Shown in pieces: positions 1 through 6,764 of a stretch of DNA of 32,000 bases (positions are counted from its first letter, which is position 1; the number at the start of each line of letters is the position of its first letter). The position numbers and the translations under genes are program-made. Source of the DNA: an uncultured Chloroflexia bacterium. Its GTDB lineage: Bacteria; Chloroflexota; Anaerolineae; Anaerolineales; Anaerolineaceae. The stretch lies in contig OY969938.1 in assembly GCA_963704755.1 (NCBI GenBank), forward strand, positions 1,200,001 to 1,232,000. The letters run 5' to 3'. The notes under the pieces were generated by a model. The model was not told the origin of the DNA. It made no database searches and saw only the letters and a list, made by a program, of their open reading frames with translations.

Positions 1-56
1 AGGGTTAAATTTTGTACGGCTTCAGGCAATACTGCCATATATGCTCACGCTTCCGG

Positions 57-410
57 CTAAAGGCCCATTCCGGAAAGACCACCGGCTAACGGGCCCATTT
101 TTTCTTCGGCTAATTTTCGCGATTGATCCAAAGCCATATTGACCCCGCTCAGGATCAGGTCCTGGAGCATTTCGGCGTCCGCATCTTTGAGCATATCCGG
201 ATCGATCTCGATCCCTTTGCACACTTGCGCGCCGGTCATGGTCACTTTGACTGCCCCGCCACCCACCGATGCTGTGACGGTCGCTACTTCCAACTCAGCC
301 TGGGCTACTTCCATCTGCTCCTGCAGCTTGCAAATCTGCGACATCATCCCGCTGCCACCGCCCATTCCGCCCGGCATCATGCCACGGTTCATACCTTTAC
401 CTTTTGCCAT
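57..410 (-). CDS. ybaB: YbaB/EbfC family nucleoid-associated DNA-binding protein
   Basis: 117-aa ORF with a Gly/Met-rich N-terminus, then the LQEQMEVAQAELE...VKVTMTG...IEIDPDML...EMLQDLI pattern typical of YbaB. It begins 15 nt after the dnaX stop, matching the conserved dnaX-ybaB arrangement. Confidence 0.9.
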   Translation of the reverse strand: MAKGKGMNRGMMPGGMGGGSGMMSQICKLQEQMEVAQAELEVATVTASVGGGAVKVTMTGAQVCKGIEIDPDMLKDADAEMLQDLILSGVNMALDQSRKLAEEKMGPLAGGLSGMGL

Positions 411-424
411 ACTATAAACCTCCT

Positions 425-2137
425 TTAATCTTTCTGGACGATCTTGCCGCCCAGGTTCAAAGCCGCGTTCACCATACCATCCGCATCCACGCCCAGGTCG
501 GCCGGGTTTGAACTGTTCTTAGCCCCAACGACCACGCACTTGACTGCCACTTCTTTTCCCAAAACCTGGGAAATCGCGGATCGAGCTATCTTCAAATTAT
601 CTTCCTTTTCCATCTTGGCGCTCAATACCTGGCTGGCAAACCCCAGGTGCAGCACTTCTTCGCGCATTGTAATCGATTTGCATGAATTGAGCAGACCTTC
701 GGTGGTTTTATTTTGCAGTTTAACTGCCGCACGAATCCGATCCCAGTTATCCAGGATGTTTTGCAGGCTCACGCCCCCACCTGGCCTGGGCTCTGCCTGG
801 GCAGCCGAGTCCGAGTCGGCGTGAGTAACCGGAACCTGGCTTTGTGCTGCGGAAAGGCCGGCTTGTTCTGCCGGCGGGTTGGCCTGCCCGGCTGGCGGAC
901 TGGCTTGTTCTGTCGCGGCAGCTTTTTCCTGATGGGATTTTTGGACCTGGGGCTCGGGTGGCTGAGTCACCGCTGCTGGCCTGGGCCGGTTTTGAACTAT
1001 CGGCTGCCCGGTGGGAACAACCTCTTGCACCGGGCTGGTCACCGCAACAGCCTGCGGGCCGCGATAATCGACCGCCTGGGCAAAAGCCAGTTCCAGAGGC
1101 AATCCGGGCTGCCAGCCGCTGCGCACCTCACTGGCCGCGCCGTTGAACAACCGCAGGGTCTCCAAAAGATGCGGCATGTCGAACTCCTGGGCGTGTTTAG
1201 CGAGGCGGACTTTCTGTTCGGCAGTCGCCTCGACCAGGTCGGCATTGCCCATGCGGACCAGCAGCAGGTTACGCAGGTAATCCACCACCTGGCGGGCAAA
1301 TTGGCGCGGATCGGATCCGCTGTCGAGTGCAGTATGGATGCATTCCAATCCTGCTGCCGGCTCGCGCCGGATCACCGCCTCGATCAGGTCAACCACCATC
1401 TGACTGGTCGCAGTGCCCAACACCTGCTGAGCCACGGCCAGGTCAACCGCCTTGCCAGTCGAAGTCAACTGGTCGAGGAGAGAAATCGCATCACGCATGC
1501 TGCCGGTGGCCTGGCGGGCGATCAGGGTCAGCGCATCGGGTTCGACCTGCAAGCCTTCCTGCTCGCACAACTTGCCCAGGTAATTGACGATCGTCTGGAC
1601 AGGGATTTTACGGAATTCATGCCGCTGGCAGCGCGAGAGCACCGTCGCAGGTATTTTGTGGATCTCGGTGGTGGCCAGGATAAAAATGGCGTGAGAGGGC
1701 GGCTCTTCCAGGGTCTTCAATAAGGCATTGAAAGCCGCTGTGGAGAGCATGTGGACTTCGTCGATTATATAGACTTTAAATTGGCCCTGGCTGGGGGCAA
1801 AATTGATTTTTTCGCGCAGGTCGCGTACGTCGTCCACGCTGGTGTTGGAGGCCGCATCGATCTCGATCAGGTCCATGAAGCGGTTGTCATTGACGGCCAG
1901 GCAGTGCTCGCACTGATCACATGGGCGATTGGCCGGGTCCGGGTCCAGGCAGTTAACCGCCTTGGCCAACAGCCGGGCAGTTGTGGTCTTACCGGTGCCG
2001 CGAGGACCGGCAAATAAATAGGCGTGGCCTACCCGCCCGGAACGAATCGCGTTTTGCAGAGTAGTTACAATGTGTTCCTGGCCTACGACCTGTTCCCAGA
2101 GGTGCGGGCGCCATTTTCGATACAGGGCTTGCGACAT
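425..2137 (-). CDS. dnaX: DNA polymerase III subunit gamma/tau
   Basis: 570-aa ORF. AAA+ clamp-loader module with Walker A GPRGTGKTT, a Cys cluster CDQCEHC, Walker B IIDEVHML and sensor LSRCQRH. A Pro/Gln/Ala-rich linker precedes a C-terminal tau-like domain. Confidence 0.95.
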   Translation of the reverse strand: MSQALYRKWRPHLWEQVVGQEHIVTTLQNAIRSGRVGHAYLFAGPRGTGKTTTARLLAKAVNCLDPDPANRPCDQCEHCLAVNDNRFMDLIEIDAASNTSVDDVRDLREKINFAPSQGQFKVYIIDEVHMLSTAAFNALLKTLEEPPSHAIFILATTEIHKIPATVLSRCQRHEFRKIPVQTIVNYLGKLCEQEGLQVEPDALTLIARQATGSMRDAISLLDQLTSTGKAVDLAVAQQVLGTATSQMVVDLIEAVIRREPAAGLECIHTALDSGSDPRQFARQVVDYLRNLLLVRMGNADLVEATAEQKVRLAKHAQEFDMPHLLETLRLFNGAASEVRSGWQPGLPLELAFAQAVDYRGPQAVAVTSPVQEVVPTGQPIVQNRPRPAAVTQPPEPQVQKSHQEKAAATEQASPPAGQANPPAEQAGLSAAQSQVPVTHADSDSAAQAEPRPGGGVSLQNILDNWDRIRAAVKLQNKTTEGLLNSCKSITMREEVLHLGFASQVLSAKMEKEDNLKIARSAISQVLGKEVAVKCVVVGAKNSSNPADLGVDADGMVNAALNLGGKIVQKD

Positions 2138-2141
2138 AAAG

Positions 2142-2408
2142 TTAATCTCTTTCGCTGTTTACATTTTCATTCGCGGAACCGGGCAGCACCGTAGCCAATT
2201 CACTGTGAGCAATCAAAGGAACCAGGCAAAAATGCCAGGATGGGGCCTGTTGGTTGTGGGCAAAGATTTTGTGGTTCGCCAGGTTTACCTGCTCGCGCTC
2301 ATCGAAAGTAGCGCTATCACAAAAATCACGCAAGTATTTCTGGCGTATATCCTTGATCTCCGTCTCCATCCTTTTCATTCGCTCCGGCCAACCACCGGTT
2401 TCTGGCAT
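2142..2408 (-). CDS. hypothetical small protein (88 aa), possibly translationally coupled to dnaX
   Basis: Internal ATG of the 2142..2600 track ORF; the longer version would overlap the upstream LTD gene. Its stop lies 4 nt before the dnaX ATG. I recognise no family. Confidence 0.3.
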   Translation of the reverse strand: MPETGGWPERMKRMETEIKDIRQKYLRDFCDSATFDEREQVNLANHKIFAHNQQAPSWHFCLVPLIAHSELATVLPGSANENVNSERD

Positions 2409-2527
2409 CACTGGCAATTGCGCTTGAGAATCGGCCGGAAAATAATGGATAGGTTCCTCGTTATTGGCGGGCTCATGGATGGAAGCGGTGTTGTTCGACA
2501 ATGTGTGGGCCTGTGTAAGCAGCAATA

Positions 2528-3064
2528 TTATGGTATGGTATAAGAAGCGCGGACATTGCCCTGCGGATCGGTAAGCGAAGCGGTGTCGCCGCTGCGCCAA
2601 ACGGCGCCATTGAGCCCCCAGTAAAGCTCGATCACCGTATTGGAGCCGCTGCGGGTATACAGCCTGACCGAGCCATTTTTACTCAAAGTAAGATCCGGGA
2701 ACGTATAATCGTCGCTACGCCCGTTGCTGACCTTCCAACCGCTCAGGTTCAAATCGCTATCACCCACCCGGCTGAAGACAATCACTTCGTTGGCCATATC
2801 GCCGGCGCCGATGACGGTGTCGATACGGATGACGGTCTGGTCCACGGGAGGAAGAGTAGCCGGTACCGGACTGGCGTCACCTGTGGGACTGATCCCGGTC
2901 AACCCGGATGTCTGGCCGGTCGCGGGTAAGTTTCCCGATGAGGAAAGCAAGGCAGGGTGTTGGGTCCGGTCCCACAGCACCAGCACCACCAGGGTGGTGG
3001 CTGCGGATACGATTATATTCAGAATTAAAAACGGTAGAACTCGCTTCCAGGATCTCATCGACAA
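2528..3064 (-). CDS. membrane-anchored lamin tail domain (LTD) protein
   Basis: 178-aa ORF with an N-terminal hydrophobic anchor (LPFLILNIIVSAATTLVVLVLW) and a Pro/Ser/Thr linker. The C-terminus is LTD-like (EVIVFSRVGDSDLNLSGWKVSNGRSDDYTFP...GSVRLYT...WRSGDTASLTDPQGN). The track start is TTG at 3064; ATG at 3058 is an alternative. Confidence 0.8.
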   Translation of the reverse strand: MSMRSWKRVLPFLILNIIVSAATTLVVLVLWDRTQHPALLSSSGNLPATGQTSGLTGISPTGDASPVPATLPPVDQTVIRIDTVIGAGDMANEVIVFSRVGDSDLNLSGWKVSNGRSDDYTFPDLTLSKNGSVRLYTRSGSNTVIELYWGLNGAVWRSGDTASLTDPQGNVRASYTIP

Positions 3065-3154
3065 TTCACCGTGGGCAAAAAATTTGCTGGCTGAATCATA
3101 GCATATTTTTGGGTAAAATCATCTTAAATGCCCAACCGTACCGGAAAGTACCCT

Positions 3155-3203
3155 GAATTTGAGGTGTTGGTGGAGGCTTCACCCCCACCAACACCTCAAA
3201 TTC
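3155..3203. repeat. intergenic palindrome, family 1 (TTTGAGGTGT core): 19-bp perfect arms, 11-nt loop
   Basis: GAATTTGAGGTGTTGGTGG (3155-3173) is the exact reverse complement of 3185-3203. It lies between the divergent LTD and NYN genes, so its position is not that of a terminator. Confidence 0.9.
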
Positions 3204-3340
3204 GAGAGGCCCTTTAATATAAGCCTGGGCAATCACAAATCGTCTTAATTGCTCAGCCTCCTGTAAAATGTTTCCCTCCTCTGAGCCACCCAAAATGGTA
3301 GTGATAGATCAGCGGGAACCAGGAATCTGAAGGAGTTTGA

Positions 3341-3815
3341 ATGCCTTACCTGGTTGACGGACACAATCTGATCCCCTACGTTCCCGGGATAAACCTGACC
3401 GACCCGGACGACGAAGATAAATTGATCGACCTGCTGATCGATTTTTGCCGGGTACGGCGCCAAAAAGTCGAGGTATTTTTCGACCAGGCTGCACCCGGCC
3501 GGGCCGGCCGTTCCAGCCGCGGAGCCTTGACCATTTTTTTCGTCGCCGCCAACCTGACTGCCGACGAAGCCATTTACCGGCGCCTGCAAAAACTGGGAAA
3601 AGATGCGCGCAACTGGAAGGTGGTCAGCTTCTGACCGGCAAGTCCAGGCCAATGCAAAATCCAGCCTGGCCACCGTAATCCCCTCGGCAGATTTCGCCCA
3701 AAGTATTCTGGAGACGAAAGGCGCCGGGAAAGAGAAATCCGGCTCGCAGGCCACCGAGATGAACCCCGCCGAGCTGCAGGAATGGCTGCGCCTGTTCAAG
3801 GACCGAAAAGACTGA
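3341..3815 (+). pseudogene. NYN/YacP(Rae1)-like PIN-fold RNA-binding protein, interrupted by a 1-nt frameshift near 3623-3631
   Basis: AAGGAG RBS 8 nt upstream. The N-terminal MPYLVDGHNLI motif is typical of YacP-like NYN proteins. Frame A stops at 3632-3634 after KVVSF. The +1 frame continues SASDRQVQANAKSSLATVIPSADF, which restores the conserved VV(S/T)SDR motif if one nucleotide is removed. Confidence 0.7.
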
Positions 3816-3912
3816 AACCGCAAGCTTGGCCGCGCTGCCGGCCGTCAGAATTATAAGGAATTTCTTATACATTTTTAATACAAATTAGACCGTATTGGTG
3901 TATATTTGTTTT

Positions 3913-4059
3913 CAGACACCGGAAAATAAAATTTATTGGTAGTAGGTGTCTGTCCACCTGAAAGCGCCGCAAGCATGTCCCCCCCATGTTCTGTGGATAT
4001 CGCTCAAGGTGGCATTCCCTCCCTGAGGATCGCCAGGCGTGTCCCCCCCACGCCTGGCG
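3913..4059 (+). other. cluster of three stem-loops, two with identical UCCCCCC loops (candidate C-rich-loop sRNA)
   Basis: Stems seen: CAGACACC/GGTGTCTG (3913-3952); AGCATG/CATGTT (3972-3990, loop TCCCCCC); CGCCAGGCGTG/CACGCCTGGCG (4031-4059, loop TCCCCCC, followed by GGTTCGTTTAAAA). A further unpaired TCCCTCCC lies at about 4015-4024. Confidence 0.3.
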
Positions 4060-4084
4060 GTTCGTTTAAAAGCCTGTCCGTGGT

Positions 4085-5365
4085 GCCTCAAAATAAAATG
4101 TTACTTTGGGATAATCGTTGCCTCAAATAGAAATGTTACCGGAGAATTCTTAACAATTGATTGACCTTTTTATTGATACTGGCCTGTAAGGACACAGGGT
4201 TCAGATGAACATATTGGGCAGTAAGACTGGCCTTGACTTTCAGGGGAAGAAGTCCTGGGCTAAGACCCGGCGATAGGGGGTCTTGGCCAGATCATACTTA
4301 CGGATCGTCTTGCCGTCAACGGTTTCTTTAGCAATCAGTTTGAGAACTGGCTGGAAAAAATTGATGTAAAGACGCAAATCGGAGTAAATGGATTTGAGCA
4401 AGGCAAGTTCTTGTGGGGTTTCGAAGCGGTCATAGCCAATGGTATGTCGAACAACCGACCAATTCTTCTGTTCCACATGAGCCTGATCATTCTTGTGGTA
4501 AGGCCGCGAACGCGTAAAGGTAATGAGTTCGCTCTGGCAGTATCGCAAAAGTGTATCGTTGATGAATTCACTGCCATTGTCTGAATCCAATCCCAAAAGA
4601 GGAAAAGGCAGGTTATGGCGCAATTCCTCAATGGCTTGAGAGACAGCTGTCTGGGTTTTGTTGGCCAGGCCCAGGCACTCGGTCCAGCCGGTGGCTAAAT
4701 CGGTTGCAGTGAGGGTATTGAGGTAGGTACCCTCGGTGGTTGTACCACAATGGGCCACCAGGTCGATTTCCAGAAAGCCTGGCTTCTCGTCCTCCCAAGG
4801 GGTAAAGGTGCGGATGGGAATGGCTTGTTTGAGCAAACTGCCCGGTTTGGTAGTCCCAAGCCCACGTGGGGTGGGGGCGAGGCGTGCCTTTTTCAAACAG
4901 CGATCTATGGTGGCCCGGCTCAAGCTCAACAAAAGCGCTTTGGTTTCCTCGCTCAACTCTATTTCCTGCCAGCGCTCTAAAACATCCACCATTTCAGGAA
5001 TAAAAGGCTGTAGTCGTTTTGAGCAGATGCACCCACTAACTTCCCAAATCTTTTCCAGAGCCACGACGACTTCCCCGTTGTATTTCTTCCGTCGCCCGGC
5101 TTTCTTCAACCCCTTTGGCTTGGAACCATGCTTCAACAGCCGAATAGCGTATTTACGATGATATCCGCTTGTGGCGATAAATTCATCCAGAATCTGTTTC
5201 TTCTCGGCTTTCCTGGCTTTCAAATAGCGCGGACGAATGCTTTCTAGCATCTCCCGCCGACTGCGTTAACTCATCATGAGCTCCCTCTGCGGTGCTTTAT
5301 TCCGCGTTAGGGTAACATTTATTTTGAGCCAACGTTATTTCGCAAAGTAAGATTAATTGTGAGGC
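4085..5365 (-). mobile_element. insertion sequence (~1.28 kb) with imperfect ~56-bp terminal inverted repeats and a single rve-type transposase gene
   Basis: Left end 4085-4140 aligns by eye as the reverse complement of right end 5311-5365, roughly three-quarters identical with a few indels. Each end contains two copies of a GCCTCAAA(T)A(A/G)AATGTTAC-like submotif. I saw no target-site duplication. Confidence 0.75.
4240..5250 (-). CDS. DDE (rve/integrase-core) transposase, IS family uncertain
   Basis: 336-aa ORF with an N-terminal HTH-like region (KKQILDEFIATSGYHRKYAIRLLK). Candidate catalytic residues are D in FLEIDLVAH, D in LGLDSDNGSEF, and E in HVEQKNWSVVR. Confidence 0.85.
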   Translation of the reverse strand: MLESIRPRYLKARKAEKKQILDEFIATSGYHRKYAIRLLKHGSKPKGLKKAGRRKKYNGEVVVALEKIWEVSGCICSKRLQPFIPEMVDVLERWQEIELSEETKALLLSLSRATIDRCLKKARLAPTPRGLGTTKPGSLLKQAIPIRTFTPWEDEKPGFLEIDLVAHCGTTTEGTYLNTLTATDLATGWTECLGLANKTQTAVSQAIEELRHNLPFPLLGLDSDNGSEFINDTLLRYCQSELITFTRSRPYHKNDQAHVEQKNWSVVRHTIGYDRFETPQELALLKSIYSDLRLYINFFQPVLKLIAKETVDGKTIRKYDLAKTPYRRVLAQDFFP

Positions 5366-5376
5366 AATTCGCTGTC

Positions 5377-5405
5377 TTGCGAGCCACGAATTCAAATGCT
5401 ATAAT
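5377..5405 (+). promoter_or_regulatory. sigma70-type promoter of tRNA-Arg
   Basis: TTGCGA (5377-5382), a 17-nt spacer, then TATAAT (5400-5405). The -10 element ends 13 nt before the mature tRNA 5' end. Confidence 0.6.
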
Positions 5406-5418
5406 CCAGACGCAATCA

Positions 5419-5491
5419 GCCCCCGTAGCTCAATGGACTGAGCAAGGCACTCCTAACGCCGAGACTGTGGGTTCAACTCCCACCGGGGGCA
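5419..5491 (+). tRNA. tRNA-Arg (anticodon CCU)
   Basis: Hand-folded cloverleaf. Acceptor GCCCCCG/CGGGGGC, D arm GCTC-AATGGACT-GAGC, anticodon loop CTCCTAA, T arm GTGGG-TTCAACT-CCCAC, discriminator A, no encoded CCA. The anticodon stem has only 3 Watson-Crick pairs, flanked by A27-G43 and A31-C39. Confidence 0.8.
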
Positions 5492-5495
5492 CAAG

Positions 5496-5544
5496 TAGCG
5501 GGTAGCTTTTAGCTTTTAGCGGTTAGCTTTTGGCTGGTAGTATG
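5496..5544 (+). repeat. heptad tandem repeat (TAGCNNN)x7 directly downstream of tRNA-Arg
   Basis: TAGCGGG TAGCTTT TAGCTTT TAGCGGT TAGCTTT TGGCTGG TAGTATG, read directly from the sequence. Confidence 0.8.
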
Positions 5545-5683
5545 AAAAAGTTTGGAATGGATGTTCGGGCCGGTCTCCAGACTGAGCCCGCTCTTCGACG
5601 CACGTCGGAGAACCCGACCTGGAAAGCCATATAACGCCAGGCAGAAAAGCATACAAAAATAGTAAGTTCGTTTGCCCAAAAGG

Positions 5684-5717
5684 AGCCCGGCGCAGGCCGG
5701 GCTTCGTGTTTTTGTTG
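5684..5717 (+). terminator. intrinsic terminator-like hairpin + T tract (module C1)
   Basis: AGCCCGGC-GCAG-GCCGGGCT followed by TCGTGTTTTTGTTG. Confidence 0.65.
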
Positions 5718-6026
5718 CAGCGATTTCAATCGCCAACGTAGAAATGGACGCAGCGGTTGAAATCGCATCTACAAGTACACAAAGCCCCACCTTCGTGGGG
5801 CTCGATCCGCACCCAGGCGATAGCCTAAATCCCGACTTTGAAAGCTGGACTACGACCTCAATAATCCCATAGTTTGGGTCTGCAACATGTTTCACACCCC
5901 AAGCGATCGGGCCGGTCTCCAGACCGAGCCCGCTCTTCAGCGCGTATAGAAGAACCCGGCTTCGAAAGCCGGGCTACGTAGATGCAGAAAAGCGCCCAAT
6001 TAGGATGATTTCGTTCGACAAAAAGG

Positions 6027-6060
6027 AGCCCGGCGCAGGCCGTGCTTCGTGTTTTTGTTG
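6027..6060 (+). terminator. intrinsic terminator-like hairpin + T tract (module C2)
   Basis: AGCCCGGC-GCAG-GCCGTGCT (one stem mismatch) followed by TCGTGTTTTTGTTG. Confidence 0.55.
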
Positions 6061-6314
6061 CCGCGACTTCAATCGCCAACGTAGAAATGGACGCAGCGGT
6101 TGAAACCGCATCTACAAGTACACGAAGACCCACCTGCGTGGGTCTCATTTCGACCGAAGCTAATTTGCACCCCCAGTGTTCGGGCCAGCCCCTCCTCACT
6201 TCAGGCTCCGGCCGAGCCCGCTCTTCAACCCGTATAGAAGAACCCGGCTTCGAAAGCCGGGCTACGTAGATGCAGAAAAGCGCCCAAATGGGATGTTTTC
6301 GTTCGACAAAAAGG

Positions 6315-6348
6315 AGCCCGGCGTAGGCCGGGCTTTGTGTTTTTGTTG
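6315..6348 (+). terminator. intrinsic terminator-like hairpin + T tract (module C3)
   Basis: AGCCCGGC-GTAG-GCCGGGCT followed by TTGTGTTTTTGTTG. Confidence 0.65.
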
Positions 6349-6764
6349 TCGCGACTTCAGTCGCCCAGTAAAGCTTTATCCATGCCTGAAGGGTGGCAAA
6401 TTATCTTCTTCACCAGGATACGGCGGTTGAAACCGCATCCACAAGTACACGAAGACCCACCTTCGTGGGTCTCAATCCGACCGAAGCTAATTTGCACCCC
6501 CAGTGTTCGGGCCGGTCCCTCCGCACTTCAGGCTCCGCCCGAGCCCGCTTTTCATCATTGGCAAGGCCCCCGGCTTCGAAAGCTGGGCTGCGACCTCAAA
6601 ATCTTCACAGTTTGGATATATGACATGCCTCACGGTCCAAGCGATCGGGCCGGTCTCCAGACCGAGCCCGCTCTTCAGCGCGTGTAGAAGAACCCGGCTT
6701 CGAAAGCCGGGCTACGCCAAAGCGGTGAAGCGAACAATTATCTCAATGATATTAGTCTACAAGG

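Noticed and set aside
713-1723. 336-aa + strand ORF, plus other + strand ORFs at 444-824, 844-1146, 1327-1587 and 1751-2017, all inside dnaX
   Set aside because: These are antisense shadow ORFs typical of high-GC DNA. They are Arg/Gly/Leu/Pro-rich with no motifs. The opposite strand encodes an unmistakable DnaX.
1808-1813. A6 run (T6 on the + strand) in dnaX as a possible programmed frameshift or transcriptional slippage site for a gamma subunit
   Set aside because: It lies at about codon 108, inside the ATPase domain. That is far upstream of where tau/gamma frameshift sites occur, and there is no A-AAA-AAG heptamer with a downstream hairpin.
2138-2527. SRP (4.5S/scRNA) gene upstream of dnaX
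   Set aside because: I could not find the conserved domain-IV GGAA/AGCA symmetric-loop motif on either strand. This needs cmscan to exclude fully.
3245-3823. 192-aa - strand ORF covering the NYN-like locus
   Set aside because: It has no recognisable motifs. The + strand has a strong RBS and conserved NYN/YacP motifs in two frames that are joined by a 1-nt shift.
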